From positions 8,945,612-9,009,611 of the forward strand of contig CM082594.2 of the NCBI GenBank assembly GCA_040954595.2: 64,000 nt of DNA, written 5' to 3'. The notes below the pieces were generated by a model. The model was not told where the DNA came from and made no database searches. It saw only the letters and a program-made list of their open reading frames with translations. This document shows positions 53,132-64,000 of the stretch, one piece after another. Both the position numbers and the translations under genes were made by a program. Within the stretch, counting starts at the first letter, position 1, and every line of letters begins with the position of its first letter. Origin of the DNA: Balanoglossus misakiensis. Its lineage: Eukaryota; Animalia; Hemichordata.

Positions 53132-53890
53132 TTATTCAGAGGGTCCAAAACCAGAATAGCCACCATGGAATTCGTGATTCTCAGAGCCAACCAAGACGGG
53201 GTGGAAGACGCAGAGACAATAACAGTCTTCTGAGGCCACCAATTGATGGTTATCATGTTGGTCCATGTTGTAGATTGTGCCCTGGTTTGGTCCAACACGA
53301 GATTCTACCACTTTAGCGCCCTCATCCCATTCATATTTAACTTTCCCGGCGATGTAGTAGACCGATTCCAAGTGATGCCTGTAGCCTAGCTTGGAACCAT
53401 GACCACCTTTGGCATAGGTGTTATTGAAGCTCACGGGGAACCCGTCTGACTTCACCAGGAAACGACGACTGTTTCCGCGACCCCAGTCGATGTCCCTTTC
53501 AGTGCCAATGATTTCTGACAGGGACCTACAGACAACACGGTCTTCTGCTGGCTTGACATCTTTGCAGTAAACCACATAAAGGCGAATGCGAGACTCTGCC
53601 AATAACTTGGCTGAGATGCCAGAAGAAAACGCCATCATTTGATCCGCATCCACTTTGAACGACTGACCAGCAGGAATCTTCACACTACCTGTGCCTGATA
53701 TGCAGTAATACATGTGATTCAACTTTTCCACTTCCGACGATTTAAGATTGACAGTTTCGCCAGCCTCGATGAAGACCTCATAGGCTGTATGATTCATGTT
53801 GTCAGCCTCTGCTACCAATTCTTTACCCTTCAATTCTGTGTTTGGAAGGACAGTCGTGGCAGACACCTCTTCAGAATGACGCGTAATCAT
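53132..53890 (-). CDS. ectC-like: Ectoine synthase (EctC)-like tandem double-cupin protein, paralog B (252 aa), CDS intronless
   Basis: Same architecture as paralog A: GTERDIDWGRGNSRRFLVKSDG...YRHHLESVYY...GTIYNMDQHDNH...CVFHPVLVGSENH. Confidence 0.88.
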   Translation of the reverse strand: MITRHSEEVSATTVLPNTELKGKELVAEADNMNHTAYEVFIEAGETVNLKSSEVEKLNHMYYCISGTGSVKIPAGQSFKVDADQMMAFSSGISAKLLAESRIRLYVVYCKDVKPAEDRVVCRSLSEIIGTERDIDWGRGNSRRFLVKSDGFPVSFNNTYAKGGHGSKLGYRHHLESVYYIAGKVKYEWDEGAKVVESRVGPNQGTIYNMDQHDNHQLVASEDCYCLCVFHPVLVGSENHEFHGGYSGFGPSE

Positions 53891-53915
53891 GGCTACTGGT
53901 CTTACGTACTGCAGT

Positions 53916-54440
53916 CTGTCAAATAATGAAATGTTAAAACATTATCAATATTGCTATTATTCTATTTTTTCCGGTCATTATAACCGTCCAATGTCAGGCG
54001 ATGTGCTGGAAATTTCGGTTAGTAGAGTGTGATTGATTACACGAGACTTGTATAGCCTTATCTCAAAGAGGCAGTAACCCCAGACGATTACAAATTTTAC
54101 CACCGAACTTGTTAGCCAAAATAGGCAATTTCAATGTCAGTATTGAACATTTTGCCATCCGTGAAACATACGTTGTATTTGAATCATAATGAATAACTTA
54201 TTACCTCTACTTAAATGATCGGTAAATTCCCAAATACTCCTGACAAGTAATTCGCTCCAGATATGTACGATGTGCTGTCTGGCCGTTTGTCACAGAAAAT
54301 GGCACAGCTCAATAGCAGTGCGACCTAACCTTTTTGCCCCGCAGGACCTTTGTAGCATGGTCACGTGCACGTTACTAGTCAGCTGTCACTCTAACCTAGG
54401 TAAACTTTAGCCTAGTTATGAAGTGGAGAAACAAACCGAG
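53916..54440 (-). promoter_or_regulatory. Paralog B: 5'-UTR intron (53916-54204), non-coding exon 1 and putative proximal promoter
   Basis: Identical acceptor TTATTTGACAG|; donor GAG|GTAAT at 54205/54204. Shared blocks with paralog A (+ strand): TGATCGGTAwATTCCCAAATmCTCC, AATTCGCTCC, GGACCTT, TTTAGCCT, TGAAGwGGAGAA. Confidence 0.65.
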
Positions 54441-55792
54441 CGTGCAGAGGTAAACTGCAAAATCTATACAATGCAGTTTATACGCCCAGAAGAGCACATT
54501 GGTAAACAGGTAATGAATTTGTGGCTGGTATGTTATGGTACATGGTGCGCGCATCAGGTGCAAGTGGGGCTGGTATAGTGAAGTTTGCTCTCCCCAATCA
54601 CAACCTAGAACAATCTGACTCCGTTATTGCCACAAGGTGACCCCTGGCCAAAGATAAGGTGACCTCTGTCTGAAGGAAATGGCCGTCCTCTAAGTACTGT
54701 GGACAATATCGACAAGGTGGGTGCCAGTTTCAAGCTGACACCTGTCTGTTTCAGTGTTTGTTTTCTGCAAAAAAATGGCAGGCGTCTGTCTGAAACTGAC
54801 ACCGACCTTGTTGATTTCATCTATGGTATCTAAGCGACTGAAAGGCTGCTAAGTAATGAATTCTTTTATTCCTGTCATGTCTAAGAGACTAAAACTTTAT
54901 TTGATTGCAAATCCTTCTCTTTGAGAAGCAGTTTTTATATGGTACAAGACACTCACATGACTTGAGCAGAGTTCAAGAATATATATATAACCTTTATTGG
55001 TGCAATCATATCATTTATTCAATGCATGATACATAAATTCTGTAAAAAAAGTGTTGATAAAATTGCTTGAAAAGATAGCATTTGACCCAGCAGCCTCTAA
55101 GTACATAAACTATGTGAATAACCACCAGACATGTTCATCTTCTGATACTTGAAACCTTTCCATCCCCATTTCCTTAGTTTCAATTCTCATTATTATAAAA
55201 GTGAAGGGTATCAAAATAAACTTCCCACATCATGGTGCAGAATCATCTGTGAATTTTACAGCCACAGACTACTTCTATGTAAATAACTCACAGTAGATGG
55301 AGTTGTTTATATAAAGAAAAAAATTAGCACCTACCCAATCAAATATCTTTGTACATGTTAAAATAGCATTTCTGCTTGTGTAAAATTTTGAAATATGAAA
55401 ATAGAAACACAGATATTGTTGTTGTGTTACATTATCACCATATTATTGAATCCAACTATTTTTGTTTGTTAGTGTCAACTACCATAATCCCACATTAGTT
55501 GATTTGTACATTAGCTTATTAATCCGATAATCAATTTCTGTACTGGTTATGCTAATACCAGTCCACACAAATGCAAATTTCAAAAATGGCAGTAGAAATT
55601 GCATTAATGTGTTAAAAGATCAACCAGTTCACTCTAGAGTTACACATTCTATCACTGGCTTGTGTTGTCAATGAAAACATGATCTCGCCACTGACTACTG
55701 AACTCTATAGGTATCCCTAATTTCTTGTTAGAGCTGTACCATACCCAACTTCACTGGAAGACATTCAATGTGATTGTTGTTGTTAAGAGGAT

Positions 55793-56677
55793 TTAGGACT
55801 GGTTCTCTATGAACGATGTGTGTGCTTCATTGGGTAGTGTATTTTCATCAGTGTCAGGTAGGGTCACATCTGTAGCAATCTCTCCGGTCACTTCAACCAC
55901 ATCATAAGCGCAGAAGTCTTCCAGATCCAGTTTGGAACACAGCCAGCCGTAGAAGCCCTTCTCAAAGTCTTTGAAGTCTCTTTTCCAGGATGTGAAAAAC
56001 CAGGATATTTGGACAAACGCAGCGTACAACGCAATGCCTAATGTCAGTAGGACTATGGCTGGCGGGTAGAAAATGATGAGCACTGGACACAGCAGTATTC
56101 TGTACGCGATACCTTTGTCGTCGTAATAATGAACAAAAACACCGTACCATGTGATGGTTCCCAGGTAACCAGAAACGACAAAAGACGTGACGAAGGCAAC
56201 CGGAATGCACAGTAAACTAAAAAGGAAGACATGAATGCCCTTATCAAAGCCCCAGACACAATCATCCGGTGTGTCCTCGTGAGTCAGTGATTTCAGATTA
56301 TCTTCCGAAATAGTGACTTGGATATCTTGGATTTTCTTTCCGCGTCGAATCGTTCCCGTCAGCGTAATGCTTTTCCCACCGACAGATGACGTTGTAGTGT
56401 TGATGGTATCTCTACTCTGACTCAGTTCTTCAATAGTATCATCATGTCGGCTTACTGACGAATCGTTCAGAGTGTCGCGCCAATACTCCGATGAACCCTC
56501 CTTCACTTGATTATCTGCTGCTTGTTTCTCAAGTAAATGCACATCGCTTTCCTTTACGGTCTGTGCTTGTTCCTCTGCATTTCTTCTTTCTCTTTTCAGC
56601 TTTTCTTTTTTGATAATCTTCTCAGCTGGGCTTGGCCCATGTTCTCCCTGCTTGCTTTTATCAGGTGACTTTGGCAT
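55793..56677 (-). CDS. TMEM169: Transmembrane protein 169 (294 aa), single coding exon; 5'-UTR intron ~56715-57127
   Basis: Motifs ITLTGTIRRGKK, GTITWY, CPVLIIFYP, LYAAFVQISW, EKGFYGWLCSKLDLED match recalled TMEM169. First ATG (MPKSPDK) is at 56677; the track start at 56704 is a TTG. Acceptor TCTCAG| at 56715 and donor CAG|GTAAAA at 57127. Confidence 0.92.
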   Translation of the reverse strand: MPKSPDKSKQGEHGPSPAEKIIKKEKLKRERRNAEEQAQTVKESDVHLLEKQAADNQVKEGSSEYWRDTLNDSSVSRHDDTIEELSQSRDTINTTTSSVGGKSITLTGTIRRGKKIQDIQVTISEDNLKSLTHEDTPDDCVWGFDKGIHVFLFSLLCIPVAFVTSFVVSGYLGTITWYGVFVHYYDDKGIAYRILLCPVLIIFYPPAIVLLTLGIALYAAFVQISWFFTSWKRDFKDFEKGFYGWLCSKLDLEDFCAYDVVEVTGEIATDVTLPDTDENTLPNEAHTSFIENQS

Positions 56678-57127
56678 GATGATAATATATGCAGTGTCTT
56701 TCAAACTTTCTAACCTGAGAATACAAACATATTATTGGAGTGATGTCATAGTTCTTTGGCAGGAGGCAGAACCAAACCTATAACCCTGTTATGATCTTTC
56801 CATTAGACACTGCTTTCTGTGCCATGACAATGTGACCATGGAAGTACCTTTCAATGGCGTGGCCATGGATGATGACCGGCTACTTCCATTCAGGGTCACT
56901 CCACACCACACACACTGGACTGGTATCTGATTATGGATGTGTACTATAATCAGACTGTACATCCATGGTCTAAAGTAGACGACCCCAACATCATGCAAGT
57001 TCACAGCTGGGTTTGACATTCTAAATAAGATTGAGAAGACATCCCACAATCATATTGACATTGGTTAGGTTCATTGAGTTCATGTTTAACGCCCTGTTTT
57101 CAATAACAAATACTCTTTCACTTTTAC

Positions 57128-57551
57128 CTGTCAGCCGTCAGACGGGGAGATCGGATCAGACACCGTTCTCTGGCATAACTTCCTGTTTGTAAACTTGTTC
57201 TGTCGGAAACAGAAGCACCTTGAGGACAAAGACCAACTTCCTTAGGTGAGTGATGTCTTAGGAAAAGTTGCACAAAAATAAAGGAAAGTCACATTTGACC
57301 TACGTTGCGACATTTCCATTAAAAGAGGGTGTTGGATAAATATGATTGTGATGCGTCTAGTTTAACGCCATTGGATGATGCTAAAATAAATTCCTTGCAT
57401 AGTACAGTAAATAATAATACAATTTGCACATCAGTTTTGTTCAAACAATCGCCACAAATAGCGTCTAAATAAAAATTAACTTCCGACCACCCCTCGACAC
57501 TTTGGTTTGGTCCGGTTGGGGTCACATCCACATCCGGGTAACATAGGAATC
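57128..57551. promoter_or_regulatory. Putative bidirectional promoter between TMEM169 exon 1 and MLX
   Basis: Head-to-head first exons about 0.4 kb apart; ETS-like cores ACTTCCTG (~57178) and CATCCGGG (~57531). Confidence 0.55.
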
Positions 57552-59716
57552 ATGGCGGACGACGATGATAGCATTTGGAGAACTACCCAAGATCAACAAC
57601 AGGTAACTTTCGCGTAAATCGTTCGTACTTAAAGCATACCAGTGAATGTCATGGATCCCATAGAATTTGTGCTAGAGTTAAATGACTTTGCGCGAGATTT
57701 TTTAACGTTCGTAGAAGACTTTGACCTGGCACATGTATATGTAGTTCGTTGCCACATTGGTCTGATCGCACGTACGACACAACAATAACACAGCCCACCA
57801 ATGGAAACAATATTGAGCTGAAGGTCTTCTCATTATAACGACTTGTGCTCATGTCGTAACTAGTCGGTTACGTGTCCTGATAACATTCTCCATTTTCTTA
57901 CAGACTACAGGGTTTATTGTCGGCGGCGATGGCTTGGGCGACTCAAGTTTTGACAGTACGTAAAGAAAGAATAAGTTTGATATTTACATCATTCTATTTC
58001 CGGTCAAAATAATATCAAAAATTCTGATATAGACTCACTGTAGATTGTTATCAGGGTTTCTGAGATACTTGACCTGTGTCAAAAAATAATCTCAAGATAC
58101 ATTTGCATCTCGTGCAATAATGATTGATGTTCAATGACGTATACATGTACATTACAATTTACATCAAGTCAGCGATATTGACACCCCACAGTGTGTTTGT
58201 TCTGCATGCAAGCATTCCAGATTACAGGCTTTGCTTACTGTCAGAAATTTTGTCTGTGTGTATTCAGTTGACTTGATTAATGGAGAGATGAAAATCGAAG
58301 CAACCAGTCCGACTGCTGTGGGAAACCAAAATCAGACCAGGTTTAATCTGGGCAGAAATAGTACTAGTAGCAGTACATCATTGACTCAGAATGACAGTAA
58401 TGCATCCCTTATACTGACAGGTAAGGGTGTCTGTGGGCATGCTGATAAAAATGTAAACGGAAAGAAATACGCAATTCTTTAACGTCTAAGCAGGCAAGAC
58501 ATGTCTGTATGAAATTTGTACTGTGACCAGTCCATGTTTCTTCATAACCTGTTTTTCTGTCATCTGTTCAAACTGGTAACCATACTCTTTTCTTCTTTCA
58601 GATGATGACGATGATGACAATACAGCCAATGTGAAAATGTACAGGGATAAAAGGAGGAGTGCCCACACTGCAGCTGAGCAAAAGAGAAGGGATGCCATCA
58701 AGGTAATGGAGATAATAGTAGCGCTGTCTGCATTACATTGTTGTATGAAAATGCTGCTAACACAGTGCAGGCACGTTCATTGGGTCCTGCTGTCAGTGTC
58801 ACCATACTCTAAGCGTGTGAAAAATTGTGAGTACAGTGTATTATGTGTGAATATGGATGTTTTTTGTGTGATTTTATCAGAAAGGATATGAAGACCTGCA
58901 GAACATAGTACCAACATGTCAACAAACAGACGCAGTGGGATCACAGAAGCTAAGCAAAGCTGCCATCCTGCAGAGGTCAATTGATTACATCAAGTTTTTG
59001 GGTCAGCAGAAAAAGAAACAAGAAGATGAACTTAGCGCACTTAGGAAAGAAGTCATGGCACTGAAAATCATGAAAGCGTAAGTGTCCATCCGTTAACGGT
59101 CAAAGATCGAATGATGCAAGTGTTCATATGGTCACTCTCCACCCAATTTGACACTCGTCAAAGTGAGAATAATTTTTAATTTTTTCCTATTCAGGAATTA
59201 TGAACAGATTGTAAAGGCTCATCAAAACACACCGGCAAGTGGCAGGAATCAGATATCAGATGAAGTCAAATTTCAAGTGGTGAGTAGGATTTCGCATTTG
59301 TAGCATTACAGCTCCTCACAAAGAATATCATTGAATCTGTATGTGATGGTTATTACACATCCCATTGACATGTTGACATTCTTTTTTCCAGTTTAAATCC
59401 ATAATGGATGCTCAGTTCCAGTCCTTCAACGCATCAATATCAGTGGCCAGTTTCGCTGAACTGTCAGGATGCGTGTTCCATTGGTTGGAGGAATGCTGCA
59501 AACCACAGGTTGGTGTCCAAACTAAATTTCATATACATGTACATGCTATCAGCACATAGATGCACAGCTCACAATCCATGCCTGCACAGAAGTTTTCACA
59601 GTGATATCCACAGTATTTTACTCCAACACTTACATTTTTTCTATTTTTAGGCACTTCGGGAACTGGTCCTTGGTGTTCTGCGAGCCACAAACCATCAACT
59701 TTTCAGCAATGTGTGA
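57552..59716 (+). CDS. MLX: Max-like protein X, bHLH-Zip; 8 exons: 57552-57602, 57904-57955, 58268-58420, 58602-58702, 58881-59077, 59195-59279, 59392-59508, 59651-59716
   Basis: Basic region RRSAHTAAEQKRRDAIKKGYEDLQNIVPTC, HLH KLSKAAILQRSIDYIKFL, zipper LRKEVMALKIMKANYEQIVKAHQ, and C-terminal VKFQVF...FAELSGCVFHWLEECCKPQ. All junctions are GT-AG and in phase. Confidence 0.95.
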
Positions 59717-60874
59717 TCAACTGAGAGGAAAACCTTGTATATTTTATTATATTTAATTGTGAATACTTTGTGATGGTCATTGCCAAGTGATAGTGAACAT
59801 CAGTAAATCCCCTTCAGAGTCCAGTGGAAACCATGTTCAGTGAAAGTCATCATAAACCAACACCTGGTACCAATGTACTGGGAAAAACGGATCATGGTTT
59901 TTTCTGCACTTGATTATTCATTTTGTTTCTGAAATTCAAATGAATACGAATACACATGTACAGATTACACGGTTTAAATATTCCTTGTCTGGTTTACAAA
60001 GTTTTCATTTACTATCCAATCAAATTAATTCACCGAATGAAACGTTTTTATCCTGACTGCAAAAGTGCAGGAGTACAATTTGAAATATTTATTGCCAATT
60101 TTGGTTTGAGAAGCAGAGTACTGCTTTCTTACTAAGCCTTCCTGAAATGACGGTTGAAGATTTCCTGTAATCACAATTGTAACCGCACAATCACACTTAA
60201 AATGAAACTATTTGTTGAGGAAGCCATTTTATAGGTTTACCAATGGAATTGACCAGCTAAGCAACTTGGATTGCATGGCATGTCTGTTGTGTATTTTAAT
60301 TTTGTGCTATTATTTCTAAAGAATCATTGATAAATGATCATGTGTATTGGCAAGACTTCGATACAAAGATAAATATTTGCTGCTGCATGTCAGAAAGTTT
60401 GTTGTGATTATCTTGAGAATGGCTAAATGGGAAAAAAAAACTTTGGAATAAAATCAGAAGAGTAATCTTAACCAACCGTAACATGTCCTTTCTTTCATTA
60501 TTGTGACAAGAAAAATAAAATGTAAATATTTGATTTGATTAATATTAATTGCCATTGCTACGTGTATGTATGAAGGTGGTGTGTGTATTACCCAAATGCA
60601 TAGGTAAGTGTGCTATTATCATGATCAAACATATAATAATTCCCACGCCTTTTAAAAATATAAATATGTAAATAATCTTGTCCATATATGAGTAGCTTTG
60701 GATAAATGACCACTGTAAGACCTTGTGTATTGTCCTACACTGATCTGATATCTTGATAACTTTGCTTTCGTCAAGATATCCATACTCTATTATAATAGCA
60801 AATGGCACATCATGTTATTGTATGGAGTTGTTTGTAGATCTCATGTGACAGGCATATCCACAATATTGTTGACA

Positions 60875-63800
60875 TCACAGATGTTCGAGAGCATTTCTGA
60901 GTCGTCTCATTCCTTGCAGGGTTACAATGCCGAGATGTTGAACGACGTAGTTATAGAAAAACTCTGGAGCCTACAAATGACAACAGAATAAAATCATTTC
61001 AGAATTTTGCTGATAAAATTTGAATCATTAATTGAATGTGAACAGATGCGAATCAATATTAAAAATCGATTCTGAGTATGACCTGATTCTCAAATAACAG
61101 AGCAACATTTGTGAATTAAACGTGTCTGACCTATGTTTCACTCATGACCTTTTAGCAGTGTAAATAAAACAGAATGAGTCAAGCAGAGAAAGGTGGGTAC
61201 AAATGTGATAAATGACAGGATGTATTCTTGGTCGGAGTCAGATTACATTTTTTGTAACTCACAAAAGACCGGACAGCTGTGCAGTGCTGATACAGACATT
61301 TTGTTCACATATTTCATATTTACCTCTTCTCTAAGTTTCATTAGGAATATGAGGTCTTCTCCAGTGATTGCTTGCTTGGATTTTCTGAAATGAACAAATA
61401 GCAATTGCGATGACATTCAGTGATTTAGGATAACAGTAAGTTGAAGAGTATGTTGAGGTTTGAGGTTTGTCGACATAAGATTTGCACTAACAACATCAAT
61501 ATGCAATAGGCAAGAGAAAATGTCATCATTAAAGTGTGTGACTGTAGTGATGATGATGGTACTCACAGTTCGATGCCGTTGTCTTTCATCCAATTTTTGA
61601 CCTCACTTTCACTCCACTTGTTGGCCGGGTGAGAAGCAGTTGTTGGTCTGCCAGTCGACACAGCTGAGGTCGCTGCAGCCACAGTTTCACTTTCCACAGC
61701 AGAGACAGTAGCTCCGCTGTTCACTGGTTTCGCTCCCATCTTGCCTCGTTCTCCGAGCTCTCTTACAAGTTGCTTCATGCACGTGCCAAAGTTAGCGCCC
61801 CTTTTCGCTAGGTTGATGTAGAATTTTGTTCCCACGATTGCGCCTAGCCATCCACTGGGTTTATATCGCTCTTCAACCATGAGCGGAACCACATCCTTCC
61901 TCAGTTGAAACGCATACTCTGCCTCTGTGAAGAGAAATGCCAAATTATCGTTCGACTTGCCATCCACAAATACACAATAAAACATTGTGCAACTGTATCA
62001 CCTACAAGTTGATGAATGAACAAAATGAGAATCTAAACAGAGATGCAGTAGATCAACACCACTTCGACCTAAATCACAAGCGAATGAACAATATTCATCA
62101 CTTTGCAATTTCAAATGGCAAAATCCATTAAAAATGTTTTGAATGTCATTGATAGATTTATGATTATGGGCAATATACTGACCTACTCTACAATTTGGAC
62201 TGTCTTTATATTTCTGTGACACACACATCAAGACTACTGCAGCATTTTCAACTGCGTCTGCCATTGCCTGCAATGTTGATCCTCCCATCTGCTCCAAGTC
62301 CATCCAAACTCGGTAGCCATTCTTTTCCAGGTGCTGTTTTACTTTTATCATCAAATTCTGCACATCCCATTGGTAGCTGATCATCACGTGTTGACACTCG
62401 TCACGTGTTTCCGCTTCCTCTCCGTGTTTGTCTGCATGTTTGATGATGATGATGATGATGATGGTGGTGGAAATAGAAAAGGGTCATTGCGGTAATTATA
62501 TGCCATTTCATTTTATCTATTGCAAACTATTTATCTCATTGTTCTTGAAAATGAAACACGACAATTAAAACTGTGGAAGGGGAAGAAGACATTCCTGCTT
62601 ATCAGTTGTGCCTTACCTCGTAATTCTTTTTGGCCTTCAAGTACCCACAATGCACCATTTGCTGCTTTCTGCACATCCTGACTTGGGTGAGTCTTCAGTG
62701 ATTCAATCTTTTCCATGGCGCCCGGTTGCTGTTTAATTTTCTCTCTGCTGTCGTCATCGAACGCCAGGTTCCAGATAGTTTTGACGGCGAACAGCTTTTC
62801 CTTCTCGTCGCCTTCGTCCATGAGGTTGACAAGCAATGGCAGAGTCCCCGCCTCGATTATCTTTGGTTTGTTTTTGTCGTTGTTGGCAAGACATGAGAGC
62901 GCTTGGGCGATCTCCTGTAAAACATATGCGGTCAAAATAACTGAGTATTCTTAGCCCGGCATAACACACAGCAGAAAGGAAAATACATCCCCTAAAAAAC
63001 AAGGACACCAGGCCAAGAGACTGGGCTCGCTCATCAGACAAAAATCTCTCCTACTCTTAGCCTTACCTCGGCCGATATTCCAGCGTCTGATGACGTCTTA
63101 TCCGTCGACCTCAACGCCTTTTTCAAATGAAGGCTCAGGAATGCGATGATGTTATCATCGGCTGCGATGATATCACTCTGCTCATCGTCTTCATCCACCA
63201 GATAAGCTAGAGCCATGTATGTAATAGATTTGCGCATAATTTCCGACGACTTTGTGTACGGCACAAGGGCTTTGATTGTATCGTGTTCCGCGAAAAATTG
63301 GCGGCTCACGCCACCTTTTGCACAGTTGCTCACAATGGATAAACATGTCACCACGAAAACAGAGTCGATCTGTAAAGTAAGAAAAGGAAATAACATTTAG
63401 TGGCCTAGAACGTTACGTATAAACTGTACATGTATGTCACTTCTAACGAGCAAGTTTAATTGAATGTTGTAATAATTTAAGGCATTCCTGCTTAATATCA
63501 AGAAAGAAATGAACAAAAATAAGTAAAAAGTATACAAACTTAACTTAAAAAGCCAACAATGCCAAGATACAATGAGAATATAGGGAAGGACCTCAAAAGA
63601 AGGAAGTAACCCAGTGGGCCATATGTCTTACCTGGTTCAAATGAGGGCTATTGTTATTGATGCATTTCTCGTTCTTCAAATGTTGTATAATCATTCCTAA
63701 AAATCCTGTTTCCCGACACTGCTCACAAATCAGTGAACTCCTGTCCGAAAGAGAAGTGATGATGTCCGCACAGTTGATGTAAGTGATGAAAACTTGCTGG

Positions 63801-64000
63801 TTTCTGTCCAAGGGCCCCGTGTTTTCCAACGCCTGGCAGTACCTGTTGATGGTGTAGACAAACTTGTCATACGCCAGCTGGTCACAGAGGAGCCGACGCT
63901 GTTCTTTACTTCTGTAGGTCATAGCAGGTGACCTGACCTTTACGTCAACTTCATTGTACACCTTCTCCAAAGAATCGGAAGACGCTGGGTTTTCACAACA
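60875..64000 (-). CDS. ARM-repeat / TIR / SAM-like protein, 5' end outside window; exons >64000-63632, 63369-63067, 62914-62617, 62431-62183, 61924-61567, 61384-61324, 60970-60875
   Basis: ARM repeats (ALSCLANNDKNKPKIIEAGTLPLLV, TIWNLAFD, AANGALWVL); TIR (HVMISYQW...GYRVWMDLEQMGGSTLQAMADAVE...SQKYKDSPNCRVEAEYA...VPLMVEERYKPSGWLG); SAM-like tail (WSESEVKNWM...ITGEDL...LRNALEHL*). Exon phases are consistent. Confidence 0.88.
62441..62470. repeat. Short intronic (GAT)n/(GGT)n microsatellite next to the TIR-exon acceptor
   Basis: Directly visible. Confidence 0.8.

Noticed and set aside
51146-53890. Bacterial contamination as the source of the ectC-like genes
   Set aside because: Conserved spliceosomal splice sites, Kozak-like starts, poly(A) signals, no operon neighbours, and contiguity with animal genes.
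60875-64000. Calling the TIR gene SARM1
   Set aside because: Domain order and TIR sequence (MISYQW...CRVEAEYA) differ from SARM1, so no symbol was assigned.

Overview
Intron-rich animal genomic DNA, most likely a marine invertebrate deuterostome (hemichordate/amphioxus-like; inferred from gene content only). The left ~48 kb is one minus-strand MUC4-like mucin gene: putative signal-peptide exon, one ~31-kb exon encoding ~10,400 aa of acidic Thr/Ser/Glu repeats, 10 EGF exons, NIDO-AMOP-VWD (GDPH), then ~20 more EGF/cbEGF modules running off the left edge. The right 13 kb holds two tandem ectoine-synthase (EctC)-like genes, TMEM169 and MLX head-to-head, and the 3' part of an ARM-TIR-SAM gene. 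The EctC-like pair is the most notable feature. Each gene encodes a fused double cupin (degenerate N-half, C-half keeping the EctC metal ligands) of bacterial type. Both look domesticated, with a conserved GT-AG 5'-UTR intron, GCC-ATG start and AATAAA, and no ectA/ectB lies in the window. Their N-halves are almost identical while their catalytic halves are strongly diverged. All exon boundaries and family calls were read by eye; no database searches were run.
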